A stretch of 36,101 nt of DNA from an uncultured Actinomycetota bacterium (lineage in GTDB: Bacteria > Actinomycetota > Humimicrobiia > Humimicrobiales > Humimicrobiaceae): assembly GCA_964578525.1 (NCBI GenBank), contig CAZODG010000003.1, positions 1 through 36,101 on the forward strand, in the 5' to 3' direction. Made by a program: the position numbers and the translations under genes. The notes beneath the pieces are model-generated. The model was not told the DNA's origin, did no database searches, and worked only from the letters and a program-made list of their open reading frames with translations. The stretch's first letter is position 1. Every line of letters begins with the position of its first letter. Below are positions 1 through 9,259 of this stretch, in pieces.

Positions 1-77
1 GTCTGAAGATGTTAAAAACGCCGGAAAAGATTGTAAGGAAAAACAAAACAGAACCTGAAGTTAGCCAGTTGCAGTGA
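1..77 (+). CDS. rpsE: 30S ribosomal protein S5, 3' end (partial)
   Basis: Frame from position 3 reads LKMLKTPEKIVRKNKTEPEVSQLQ* (TGA 75-77). It resembles the S5 C-terminal 'L..L.tPe.v' helix and lies directly upstream of rplO. Confidence 0.7.
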   Translation, partial: LKMLKTPEKIVRKNKTEPEVSQLQ

Positions 78-101
78 TTTGGATAACATTGAAAGGAGAA
101 A

Positions 102-545
102 ATGGTGAAGCTTGGTGATTTAGGATCTCCTAAGTCTATAAAAAAAAGAAAAAGAGTGGGTAGGGGGAATGGTTCCGGGCACGGGACCACCAGCGGCAGA
201 GGCACCAAAGGACAGCTTTCCCGATCAGGCGGCAATACCAGGCCGGGTTTCGAAGGCGGACAGATGCCCCTGCAGAGGAGACTGCCGTATCTTAAAGGTT
301 TTAAAAATACAAGAAAGAAAATAAATAATTTAATTAACGTGGGACAGCTGGAAAAGTTTAAAGAAAACAGCGTTATTGATTATGATGTCCTGGTAAAGAG
401 TGGTTTTATCACAAATAAATCAAATCCCGTGAAGATACTGGGCAATGGTGAACTTACTAAAAAATTAACAATTAAAGCCAATTATTTTAGTAAGAATGCC
501 GCGGCTAAAATTGAAAAAGCTGGTGGGAAAATGGAGGTAATTTAG
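102..545 (+). CDS. rplO: 50S ribosomal protein L15
   Basis: Motifs RVGRGNGSGHGTTSGRGTKGQ and GFEGGQMPLQRRLP; SD AAAGGAG upstream. Confidence 0.99.
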   Translation: MVKLGDLGSPKSIKKRKRVGRGNGSGHGTTSGRGTKGQLSRSGGNTRPGFEGGQMPLQRRLPYLKGFKNTRKKINNLINVGQLEKFKENSVIDYDVLVKSGFITNKSNPVKILGNGELTKKLTIKANYFSKNAAAKIEKAGGKMEVI

Positions 546-1807
546 TGTTTCGCGCCATAATAAATGCTTTCAGAATCAAAGAAATCAGGAACAAGATACT
601 TTTTACTATTGCTATCCTGGCTCTCTACAGATTTGGTGCCAATATTACGATACCAGGAATTGATGCATCTAAAATCCTGGAACAGGTCCAGACCGGAATA
701 ATGGGTATGATGGATCTGTTTTCGGGAGGAGCGCTTGAGAGATTTGCCGTGTTCTCTCTCGGAATCATGCCATATATTACTGCGACCATCGTAATGCAGC
801 TTCTCCAGGTAGTGATCCCCAAATTGGACCAGCTTGCAAAGGAAGGAGAAACAGGCAGAAGAAAGATTAATCAGATAGCCAGATATATGACCGTTGGACT
901 CGCACTTATGCAATCAGTAGCAATGGTCTTTTTCTTTAAAAATTCCGGTGCCATAATTAATTTTGATTTTGCGCATGTCGCAATGATCATAACTACACTT
1001 ACAGCCGGGACCACTCTTATTATGTGGCTCGGGGAAATCATAAATATTCACGGAATAGGAAATGGTATTTCCCTTATAATATTTGCAAATATAGTTTCAA
1101 GGATACCCGGTCAATTTATAAGTCTGTTCAGGTTGAGAGGCCAAAATTATTTCTTACTTGTTGTTTTTGTAATCATATTTATTGCAGTGGTCATGGCTGT
1201 CATATTGATCCAGCAGGGTGAAAGAAAAATCCCGGTCCAGTATGCAAAGAGAATCGTAGGGAGGAAAGTCTTTGGAGGGCAGAGCACCTATATACCGCTT
1301 AAAGTCAATCAATCCGGAGTAATGCCAATAATACTTGCAGTTTCCATAGTGCTTTTCCCTACAACGATAGCACAATTTATAAATGTTTCTTGGATCCAGA
1401 AAATAGCCGATGCACTGAGTCCAACAATAGAGGGTAGAATCAATCCTATTTATGCCATTACTTATGCTGTATTTATTATCATATTTGCTTATTTTTATAC
1501 TGCTATTACCTTTAATCCTCTGGATACTGCGGATAATTTAAGAAGATACGGAGGATTTATACCCGGACTGCGGCCAGGGAAAACTACTGCAGATTACCTG
1601 ACAAGTGTTTTAAACAGGATAACACTGCCGGGGGCCATATTTTTGGCAATAATTGCACTTTTGCCGGAAATATTGATTGATTATCTGGGAATACCTTTTA
1701 AATTTGGCGGGACGTCTATACTTATAGCAGTAGGTGTTGCGTTGGATACTATGAGACAGCTGGAATCCCATTTGACAATGAGGGATTACGAAGGATTTTT
1801 GAAATGA
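545..1807 (+). CDS. secY: Preprotein translocase subunit SecY
   Basis: Motifs FSLGIMPYITATIVMQLL, GIGNGISLIIF, GGFIPGLRPG and FGGTSILIAVGV; GTG start overlaps the rplO stop. Confidence 0.99.
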   Translation: MFRAIINAFRIKEIRNKILFTIAILALYRFGANITIPGIDASKILEQVQTGIMGMMDLFSGGALERFAVFSLGIMPYITATIVMQLLQVVIPKLDQLAKEGETGRRKINQIARYMTVGLALMQSVAMVFFFKNSGAIINFDFAHVAMIITTLTAGTTLIMWLGEIINIHGIGNGISLIIFANIVSRIPGQFISLFRLRGQNYFLLVVFVIIFIAVVMAVILIQQGERKIPVQYAKRIVGRKVFGGQSTYIPLKVNQSGVMPIILAVSIVLFPTTIAQFINVSWIQKIADALSPTIEGRINPIYAITYAVFIIIFAYFYTAITFNPLDTADNLRRYGGFIPGLRPGKTTADYLTSVLNRITLPGAIFLAIIALLPEILIDYLGIPFKFGGTSILIAVGVALDTMRQLESHLTMRDYEGFLK

Positions 1808-2439
1808 GGTTAGTTCTACTCGGATCTCCCGGTGCCGGAAAGGGGACACAGGCAAAAATAATTTCTGAGAAATTCGACATACCCCATATTTCAACAGGAG
1901 ATATCCTGAGACATGAAATAAAAAGGGGATCTGAGTTAGGAAAAGAAGCAGCCGGATTTGTCGAGAGCGGGAAGCTGGTACCGGACAGAATAATAATAGA
2001 AATAATAAAGAATGAAATAAGCCCGGGTAAATCAAAGAATGGATTTTTAATGGATGGTTTCCCGAGGAATTTGAAACAGGCAAAAATGTTTTCAGATTTA
2101 CTGGACAAGCTTGGAATCGGGCTGGATAAAGTGATCAATATAAATGTGAGTAAAGACGAGATTATAGACAGACTCGGCAAGAGAAGGTCATGCAGTGTTT
2201 GTAAAAGTATATTCAGTATCGGCAATAACGATAAAGATCCTAAAAAGTGTCCAAAGTGTAATGGCGATTTGATAGTGAGAGAAGATGATAAAAAAGAAGT
2301 CATAAAAAACAGGCTGGATGTATATGAATCAGAAACCAGGCCGCTTATTGATTTTTATGCTGATAAAGGAATGCTTGTAAATATTGATGGTTTCGGTGAA
2401 GAAAAAGAAATAACTAAGAGGATTTTAGAAGTTTTATGA
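1804..2439 (+). CDS. adk: Adenylate kinase with 4-Cys zinc lid
   Basis: P-loop GSPGAGKGT, HISTGDILR, DGFPR; lid CSVC...CPKC. Confidence 0.99.
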   Translation: MRLVLLGSPGAGKGTQAKIISEKFDIPHISTGDILRHEIKRGSELGKEAAGFVESGKLVPDRIIIEIIKNEISPGKSKNGFLMDGFPRNLKQAKMFSDLLDKLGIGLDKVININVSKDEIIDRLGKRRSCSVCKSIFSIGNNDKDPKKCPKCNGDLIVREDDKKEVIKNRLDVYESETRPLIDFYADKGMLVNIDGFGEEKEITKRILEVL

Positions 2440-3203
2440 TAATATGCAAATCAGCAGATGAAATCGGAATAATGCGTAAAGCTGGTAAAATTGTAGCTAA
2501 AGTTTTTTTGAAAATAGAGGAAATCTTAAAACCCGGTATAACTACCGATTATATAGATAGGATTGCAGAAGAGACCATAATAAGCGAAAGGGCTGTTCCT
2601 GCTTTTAAGGGTTACAGGGGGAAACTCAGTAAGAAGCCTTTTCCAAGCACTATCTGTATATCGATCAACGAAGAAGTGGTCCACGGTATTCCGGGCAGAA
2701 GAGTTATAAAAGACGGAGAACTGGTTTCTATTGATGTCGGTGTAAAAATTGACGGTTTCTACGGCGATGCCGCCCGGACCTATAAAGTAGGGAACATCAG
2801 CAATACGGCCGAAAGGTTATGGAATGCTACCAGGGAAGCACTGGACATGGCAATAGGAAAATGCATCTCCGGAAATAGATTATCGGATATTTCGAACGTT
2901 ATTGAAAATAGAGCTGAAGCAGAAGGATTTTCGGTAGTTAAAGATTTTGTTGGTCACGGTATAGGAAGGGATATGCACGAAGATCCCCAGATACTGAATT
3001 ACGGACCTCCCGGACAGGGCCCGATTCTAAAACAGGGTATGGTTCTGGCTATAGAGCCCATGTTTAATCAGGGCACCAGTGATGTCGAAATATCGGGTGA
3101 TCTGTGGACCGTCGTGACTATGGATAGGAAGCTTTCCTGTCACTTTGAGGATACAGTGGCGATATGGGAAGATGGTCCTTTGATATTGACCAGGTTGACA
3201 TGA
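2436..3203 (+). CDS. map: Methionine aminopeptidase type I
   Basis: Motifs CISINEEVVHGIP, IDVG, GDAART, GHGIG..MHEDP and AIEPM; canonical position after adk. Confidence 0.99.
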   Translation: MIICKSADEIGIMRKAGKIVAKVFLKIEEILKPGITTDYIDRIAEETIISERAVPAFKGYRGKLSKKPFPSTICISINEEVVHGIPGRRVIKDGELVSIDVGVKIDGFYGDAARTYKVGNISNTAERLWNATREALDMAIGKCISGNRLSDISNVIENRAEAEGFSVVKDFVGHGIGRDMHEDPQILNYGPPGQGPILKQGMVLAIEPMFNQGTSDVEISGDLWTVVTMDRKLSCHFEDTVAIWEDGPLILTRLT

Positions 3204-3222
3204 GTTTTTTAAAAGAAATTTA

Positions 3223-3251
3223 TGGACATACCGGGGGTTTTTTGATAACCT
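3223..3251 (+). promoter_or_regulatory. Putative housekeeping-sigma promoter for the infA-alpha operon
   Basis: TGGACA (3223-3228), 17-bp spacer, TAACCT (3246-3251) with extended TG at 3243-3244. Confidence 0.5.
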
Positions 3252-3300
3252 ACGTATTTGCGCTATTTTTACATTGAAATATTAGCATGGGGGTTCAATA

Positions 3301-3522
3301 ATTTCTAAAAAAGAAGAAATAATAGAAGCCGAAGGAACTATTTTAGAAGCGCTTCCAAATGCTATGTTCAGAGTGGAGCTTGATAATGGCCACAGGGTAC
3401 TGGCACATATTTCAGGTAAAATGAGGATGCATTATATAAAGATTCTACCCGGTGATAAAGTTAAAGTTGAGATATCGCCATACGATTTAAGCAGAGGAAG
3501 GATCACTTTTAGAAAAAAGTGA
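3301..3522 (+). CDS. infA: Translation initiation factor IF-1 (ATT start; missed by the ORF track)
   Basis: Translates as (M)[72 protein letters not shown]. In-frame TAG at 3283-3285 upstream, with no ATG/GTG/TTG between it and the conserved N-terminus. SD-like GGGGGT at 3289-3294. Confidence 0.97.
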   Translation: MSKKEEIIEAEGTILEALPNAMFRVELDNGHRVLAHISGKMRMHYIKILPGDKVKVEISPYDLSRGRITFRKK

Positions 3523-3590
3523 TTTATGATTGAAATCCGGATTTAAGGTTTTATTAGATGGGAAGAAGATTTTAAAAAGAAGGAATAAAA

Positions 3591-3704
3591 ATGAAAGTTA
3601 AACCATCGGTTAAAAAAATATGCAAGAGTTGCAAAGTTATAAAAAGGGAAGGGAAAGTCATTATTATTTGTAAAAATCCCCGCCATAAACAGAGACAGGG
3701 TTAA
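3591..3704 (+). CDS. rpmJ: 50S ribosomal protein L36, zinc-binding type (missed by the ORF track)
   Basis: [37 protein letters not shown], with CxxC...C....H ligands. Confidence 0.99.
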   Translation: MKVKPSVKKICKSCKVIKREGKVIIICKNPRHKQRQG

Positions 3705-3716
3705 GGAGGTTTTTAA

Positions 3717-4091
3717 TTGGTAAGAATTTCGGGTATTGATGTACCAAACGATAAACATATATGTATAGCTTTGACTTATATTTTTGGTATCGGCAGGTCA
3801 AGAGCAGAAGAGATTCTGGAAAAACTAAATATTGGCAACAGTATAAAAGCCAAAGATCTCAGTGAAGAGGAAATAGTAAAAATAAGGGAATATATAGAAA
3901 ATAATTATACAATCGAAGGAGATCTTAGAAGAGAAATTAGCCAGAATATAAAAAGGTTGATTGAAATTAACTCTTATAAAGGGATCAGGCATAAAAGAGG
4001 TCTGCCGGTCAGAGGTCAGAGAACCCATACTAATGCCAGGACAAGAAAAGGGAAGAGAAGAAGCGTCGGCATTAAAAAAAGTCAGGCTTAA
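3717..4091 (+). CDS. rpsM: 30S ribosomal protein S13
   Basis: Motifs ALTYIFGIG and RHKRGLPVRGQRTHTNARTRKG; TTG start after SD AAGGAGGT. Confidence 0.99.
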   Translation: MVRISGIDVPNDKHICIALTYIFGIGRSRAEEILEKLNIGNSIKAKDLSEEEIVKIREYIENNYTIEGDLRREISQNIKRLIEINSYKGIRHKRGLPVRGQRTHTNARTRKGKRRSVGIKKSQA

Positions 4092-4113
4092 GTAAAAGTT
4101 TCAGGAGGTAAAT

Positions 4114-4512
4114 TTGGCAAAAAAAACCAGTGGTAAAAGAAAAACAAAAAGCAAAGAAAGAAAAAACGTACCTTACGGGATTGCTCATATTCAATCTACT
4201 TTTAATAATACTATTGTTAATATAACCGACTTGAATGGCAACACTATTGCATGGGGCAGTGCCGGAGGGCATGGTTTTAAAGGTTCCAGAAAAAGTACTC
4301 CGTTTGCTGCGCAAATAACGGCAAATGCAGTAGCAAGAAACGCCCAGGAACATGGAGTCACGAGAGTAGATGTAAGAGTAAAAGGTGTAGGTTCCGGCAG
4401 GGAAACTGCTGTGAGGTCCCTTCAGGCAGCCGGACTGGAAATCGGAAGTATAATAGACGTAACCCCTGTACCTCATAATGGCTGTAGACAGTCAAAAAGA
4501 AGAAGGGTGTAA
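4114..4512 (+). CDS. rpsK: 30S ribosomal protein S11
   Basis: Motifs [22 protein letters not shown] and [11 protein letters not shown]; TTG start. Confidence 0.99.
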   Translation: MAKKTSGKRKTKSKERKNVPYGIAHIQSTFNNTIVNITDLNGNTIAWGSAGGHGFKGSRKSTPFAAQITANAVARNAQEHGVTRVDVRVKGVGSGRETAVRSLQAAGLEIGSIIDVTPVPHNGCRQSKRRRV

Positions 4513-4538
4513 AAATCAAAGACAAGGAGTTATTATAA

Positions 4539-5165
4539 ATGGCAACAGCTAAAATGTCTGCCTGCAAACAGTGCAGAAGAGAAAAAGAAAAATTATTTTT
4601 AAAAGGACAGAGATGTTTTTCCAATAAATGTGTCATAGAAAAAAAACCATATGTTCCGGGCCAGAAGGCCAAAAGAAGACTGATAGAAACCGAATATTAT
4701 GGACAGTTGAGGGAAAAACAAAAAGCTAAAAGATATTACGGGGTATTGGAGCGACAATTTAGGAATTATTATAATAAAGCGGTAAAAAGAAAAGGAGTAA
4801 CCGGAGAGATACTACTTCAATTTCTGGAAACCAGACTCGATAATATTGTTTATACAATGGGATTTGCCACTTCCAGAGTTCAGGCAAAACAGTTGATTTG
4901 CCATGGACATATTCAGGTGAATGGCAAAAAAGCCGATAAACCCTCTTACCAATTAAAAGAGGGCGATGAAATAAGTGTTGCCGAGTCCAGTAAGGAAATA
5001 GTTCCAATAATGGAAGCAAAAGAGAGCGGTGGAAGCCTGACCATGCCTGAATGGCTTGAAGTCGATCTGGATAAGCTGAAAGGAAAACTTGTAAGGTACC
5101 CCGAACGGGATGAAATAAAAGTTCCCTGTAATGAACAGATAATAGTGGAGCTTTATTCTAAGTAA
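4539..5165 (+). CDS. rpsD: 30S ribosomal protein S4 (Cys-containing, zinc-type N-terminus)
   Basis: Motifs CKQCRRE..KLFLKG..C...KC, QLREKQK, LETRLDNIVY and EQIIVELYSK. Confidence 0.99.
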   Translation: MATAKMSACKQCRREKEKLFLKGQRCFSNKCVIEKKPYVPGQKAKRRLIETEYYGQLREKQKAKRYYGVLERQFRNYYNKAVKRKGVTGEILLQFLETRLDNIVYTMGFATSRVQAKQLICHGHIQVNGKKADKPSYQLKEGDEISVAESSKEIVPIMEAKESGGSLTMPEWLEVDLDKLKGKLVRYPERDEIKVPCNEQIIVELYSK

Positions 5166-5212
5166 TTTGAGTATTCGTTTGAATATTATTTTCTTTAGGA
5201 GGTAGATGCAAA

Positions 5213-6148
5213 TTGCTAAAAATGCATAAACCCAATGTGAGCATTAAGCATAAAGACGATTTTTCCGGTGAATTTGTTATTGAACCGCTGGAAAGAGGAT
5301 TTGGGCACACTCTGGGTAATTCAATAAGAAGGGTCCTGCTTTCGTCCATAGAGGGAGCGGGAGTCACAAGGATCAGAATAGAAAATATCATGCATGAATT
5401 TTCGACTCTGGATGGGATGAAAGAAGATATAATAGAATTTATTGCCAATCTTAAAGGGATTGTTTTTAAGATGGAAAGCGAGGAACCTGTACTGTTGAAA
5501 CTTGAAAAAAAAGGTCCCGGAACCGTAACGGCTTCGGATATAAAACTTTCCTCAGATGTAGAAGTAGTAAATCCTGACCAGTATATTTGTACACTGACCA
5601 AAAAAGGGAAATTGAATGCAGAAATAAGATTGGAGAAAAATAAAGGTTATAAGAATGCGGAAGAAAATGCAGTAGAGGATGAGCCTCTGGGAGTAATACC
5701 TATCGATACAATATTTTCACCGGTAAGACTTGTTCAATTCAAAGTCGAAAATACAAGAGTAGGCCAGGTGACTAATTTTGACAAGCTCTCAATAAGCATC
5801 AAGACAAATGGCAGTGTCAAACCGGAAGATGTTTTGAGTCAGGCGTCTAAGATTATTAATGATTATATGGCACTTATGATAGATTTATCCGACAGAGAAA
5901 GCAAAGACGAACCGATATTCGAAGAAATCGAACAGGAAGATAAGAAACAGGTATACCCTTCGATAGAAGAACTTGAACTTTCTGTAAGGGCATATAACTG
6001 TCTCAAGAGAGAGGGAATCGATTCAGTAGAAAAGTTGCTGGAATACAGCGAAGACGAACTTCTTGATATAAGAAATTTTGGTCAAAAGTCTATTCAGGAA
6101 GTAAAAGATAAAATAAAAGAACTGGGACTATCCTTTAAGCAAAAATAA
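5213..6148 (+). CDS. rpoA: RNA polymerase subunit alpha
   Basis: Motifs EPLERGFGHTLGNSIRRVLLSS, IPIDTIFSPV and LSVRAYNCLKREGI; TTG start after SD GGAGGT. Confidence 0.99.
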   Translation: MLKMHKPNVSIKHKDDFSGEFVIEPLERGFGHTLGNSIRRVLLSSIEGAGVTRIRIENIMHEFSTLDGMKEDIIEFIANLKGIVFKMESEEPVLLKLEKKGPGTVTASDIKLSSDVEVVNPDQYICTLTKKGKLNAEIRLEKNKGYKNAEENAVEDEPLGVIPIDTIFSPVRLVQFKVENTRVGQVTNFDKLSISIKTNGSVKPEDVLSQASKIINDYMALMIDLSDRESKDEPIFEEIEQEDKKQVYPSIEELELSVRAYNCLKREGIDSVEKLLEYSEDELLDIRNFGQKSIQEVKDKIKELGLSFKQK

Positions 6149-6168
6149 CAACCGGGGAGAAGCGGGAT

Positions 6169-6525
6169 ATGGTAATACCTAAAAAAGGTAGAAGATTTGG
6201 CGGAGACAGCAGCCATCAAAAAGCAATTATGAGAAATTTAGCCATTTCATTATTCGAAAATAAAAAAATTAAAACTACTGTGCCAAAGGCCAAGTTTTTA
6301 CGGAGTTTCGTAGATAAGCTTATAACCACGGCTAAAAAGGATAACCTGGCTGCCAGAAGGCGGTGCATTAAATTACTGGGTAATGCCAGTGCGGTACAGA
6401 AATTGTTTAATGAAATAGCTCCCGGTATGTATGAGAGATCCAGTGGATTTACAAGGATCGTCAAATATAAGAACAGAGTGGGAGATGGTGCCGAGCTGGC
6501 GATAATGGAGCTGCTGATAAAATAA
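6169..6525 (+). CDS. rplQ: 50S ribosomal protein L17
   Basis: Motifs IKTTVPKAK, LITTAK and RSSGFTRI...RVGDGA; follows rpoA. Confidence 0.98.
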   Translation: MVIPKKGRRFGGDSSHQKAIMRNLAISLFENKKIKTTVPKAKFLRSFVDKLITTAKKDNLAARRRCIKLLGNASAVQKLFNEIAPGMYERSSGFTRIVKYKNRVGDGAELAIMELLIK

Positions 6526-6571
6526 AGCGGAATCGATGTTGTTTTGAAAATCGTAACTTAAAAGTCGTAAG

Positions 6572-7321
6572 ATGATAAATAACTACATGGCTGTCCTGGA
6601 ATATGATGGGACTAATTACAGCGGATTTCAAATACAGCCAGGTGGAGTTAATACTATTCAGGGAGAACTGGTACCTGTTCTTTCCAGGGTCTTGAACGAG
6701 AAAATAGATATTCAGTATGCCGGAAGAACTGATGCAGGGGTCCATGCAAGATATCAGGTAATTAATTTTAAAACTAAAAAAGAACCTGATATTTACAGGA
6801 TATTATGGTCAATAAATAGTTTGCTTCCTGATGATATAGTTATTAAAAAAATTGAAAGAGTAAGCCCTTCTTTTGATGCCAGAAGGGATGCAAGCTTAAG
6901 AGAGTACAGCTATTTTGTTGTAAACAAAGGGTATCAAAGTGTTTTTTTGAAAAAGTACAGTATTCTTATAACAAGGAAACTGGAGATAAAGGCGATAAAA
7001 AAAGCCGCTCGGATGTTTTTGGGAGCAAAAGATTTCGCATCTTTTTGCAATGTGGAATGTCTAAGTGGAAACACAGTCAGGAAAGTATACAGGTTTACGG
7101 TAGAAAGAACCAGGGATGATCTGGTGATTTTTAAAATAGCGGCGAATTCGTTTTTATATAACATGACAAGGGTTATAGTCGGTACTGTGCTTGAAGTAGG
7201 AAACGGGCAGAGAGCAATCTCAAGTATAAGCGAAGCTCTGAAGAATAGAGATAGAAAATTTGCCGGGGGAATAGTGCCGGCGAAGGGCCTTTTTCTTACG
7301 AGGGTGGAATATTTTAGGTAA
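6572..7321 (+). CDS. truA: tRNA pseudouridine(38-40) synthase
   Basis: Motifs YDGTNYSGFQIQ, AGRTDAGVHA and FLYNMTR. Confidence 0.97.
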   Translation: MINNYMAVLEYDGTNYSGFQIQPGGVNTIQGELVPVLSRVLNEKIDIQYAGRTDAGVHARYQVINFKTKKEPDIYRILWSINSLLPDDIVIKKIERVSPSFDARRDASLREYSYFVVNKGYQSVFLKKYSILITRKLEIKAIKKAARMFLGAKDFASFCNVECLSGNTVRKVYRFTVERTRDDLVIFKIAANSFLYNMTRVIVGTVLEVGNGQRAISSISEALKNRDRKFAGGIVPAKGLFLTRVEYFR

Positions 7322-7333
7322 CTGGAGGAATCT

Positions 7334-7777
7334 ATGGTAAATGTAGGGCTCAAAACATTTAACTTAAAAAAAGAAGAAATCAAGAAAAAGTGGTTTCTGG
7401 TTGATGCGAAAGATAAAACTCTGGGACGTCTATGCACGGGAATAGCCAGAATTTTAAGAGGCAAGAATAAACCGACTTTCACGCCGCATCTGGATTGTGG
7501 TGATTTTGTCATAGTCATAAATGCAGATAAGATAAAAGTTACTGGAAATAAGTTAAAACATAAGAATTATTACAGACATTCCGGATATGTAGGGAACCTG
7601 AAGGTTACCAGCATGGAAAAAATGATGGAGAAATCACCCGAATTTGTTATAAGGAATGCAGTAAAGGGAATGCTTCCCCATAACATTCTGGGTAAGAAAA
7701 TAATTAAGAAATTAAAAATATATAAGGGTGAAAATAATCCGCACAATGTGCAAAAACCTGAAAAAATTGATTTGTAA
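7334..7777 (+). CDS. rplM: 50S ribosomal protein L13
   Basis: Motifs [24 protein letters not shown] and AVKGMLP. Confidence 0.99.
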   Translation: MVNVGLKTFNLKKEEIKKKWFLVDAKDKTLGRLCTGIARILRGKNKPTFTPHLDCGDFVIVINADKIKVTGNKLKHKNYYRHSGYVGNLKVTSMEKMMEKSPEFVIRNAVKGMLPHNILGKKIIKKLKIYKGENNPHNVQKPEKIDL

Positions 7778-7791
7778 GAAGGAGAATTAAT

Positions 7792-8187
7792 TTGGCAAAT
7801 GAGGTAGTTTATAGTTCAACTGGTAAAAGAAAGCGGTCCGTTGCAACAGTAAGGCTGGTGCCCGGGGAAGGAAAAATTACTGTTAATTCAAGGGACTTCA
7901 AGGAATATTTTAGAAGAGACTCTCTTGTAACAGTTATTTTAGAGCCTTTCAAAGTTACCAATACTGAGAATGCTTATGATGTTATTGCAAATTTGTCCGG
8001 AGGGGGAATCTCCGGTCAGGCAGGAGCATTACGCAACAGTATTTCGAAAGCATTGCTTGAAATCAATGAAGAATACCGACCGTTGCTAAAAAGAGAAGGT
8101 TTTTTAACCAGAGATTCAAGAATAAAGGAAAGAAAGAAATACGGTCTCAAAAAAGCCAGAAAAAGACCCCAGTTCTCCAAAAGATAA
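7792..8187 (+). CDS. rpsI: 30S ribosomal protein S9
   Basis: Motifs [22 protein letters not shown] and QFSKR; TTG start. Confidence 0.99.
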   Translation: MANEVVYSSTGKRKRSVATVRLVPGEGKITVNSRDFKEYFRRDSLVTVILEPFKVTNTENAYDVIANLSGGGISGQAGALRNSISKALLEINEEYRPLLKREGFLTRDSRIKERKKYGLKKARKRPQFSKR

Positions 8188-8200
8188 TTATCTTTTCTTA

Positions 8201-9241
8201 ATGAGTTATCCTTGCTTAAAAATATACCTGGATAAAATTTCTTATAATAGTGAGATCATCAATACACGATGTGCGCATCTTGGAATATCTGTAGTCGGTG
8301 TTACCAAGTGTGTACTGGGAGACATTAAAATCGCGGAGGCAATGAGAAAATCCGGTATTTCTGTTTTTGGAGACAGCCGGCTGGAAAATCTCAAGAAGTT
8401 AAGGAATTTTTACGGTGAAGATCAGAAGCTTCTAATGCTGAGGAGCCCCATGACCGGCGAAGTTGAAGATCTACTCGGGATTTGTGATATCAGCTTTAAT
8501 ACTCAGTTAAAAACCCTGGAAATAATAGAAAAAATCTGCCGCAGGAAGAAGATAAAGCATCGAATAATAGTCATGGTGGAAACAGATGACCGGAGAGAAG
8601 GGCTGCTTCCGGGGGAAGTAGTGAATTTCTGTCAGCGGATAGTAAATAATTTCGGATCTATCGAATTATATGGTTTGGGGACAAATGCAAGGTGTGTCAC
8701 CAAAAATGGCCCGAACCCTGAAAGTCTAAAAATGCTTGTAGATCTAAGGGAAGATGTTATGAAGGTCACAGGAATAAACATGCCGGTAATCTCGGGTGGA
8801 AATTCAAGTGTCTGGAATTTAATAGAAGAGGGTACGATTTCCAGAGGAATAAATCAGGTAAGAATAGGGGAAGCTATACTCCTGGGGCATGATACTGTAA
8901 ATTACAAAACCATCAAAGGCGCATATACTGACTCGTTTATTCTTGAAGCCGAAATAATAGAGGTTAAAAAAAGAAATAATGATGTGTGTAAAGTAATACT
9001 GGCCCTCGGGCTCCAGGATGTAGACAGTAAGAATATCCATTGCCGCAGCGATTATTTGAGTGTTTTGAACCAGAGCAGCGACCACACTATTTTAAGTGTA
9101 AAGGAAGAAAAACTAAAAAAACACGGAGAAAATGCTTTAAATCTGGAAGCAGGCGAAATAATCTCTTTTAATCTTGATTATTTTGGTTTATTATCCTGTA
9201 TGAGCTCCCCATTTATCAAGAGAAATTATATAGAGGGATAA
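8201..9241 (+). CDS. Alanine/ornithine racemase-family PLP enzyme (Orr/YhfX-like)
   Basis: Motifs GVTK (PLP Lys), GDSRLENL, MVETDDRREG, ISGGNSS, INQVRIGEAILLG, ALGLQD and SSDH. Confidence 0.85.
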   Translation: MSYPCLKIYLDKISYNSEIINTRCAHLGISVVGVTKCVLGDIKIAEAMRKSGISVFGDSRLENLKKLRNFYGEDQKLLMLRSPMTGEVEDLLGICDISFNTQLKTLEIIEKICRRKKIKHRIIVMVETDDRREGLLPGEVVNFCQRIVNNFGSIELYGLGTNARCVTKNGPNPESLKMLVDLREDVMKVTGINMPVISGGNSSVWNLIEEGTISRGINQVRIGEAILLGHDTVNYKTIKGAYTDSFILEAEIIEVKKRNNDVCKVILALGLQDVDSKNIHCRSDYLSVLNQSSDHTILSVKEEKLKKHGENALNLEAGEIISFNLDYFGLLSCMSSPFIKRNYIEG

Positions 9242-9259
9242 TTTATAAAAGGAGTATGT

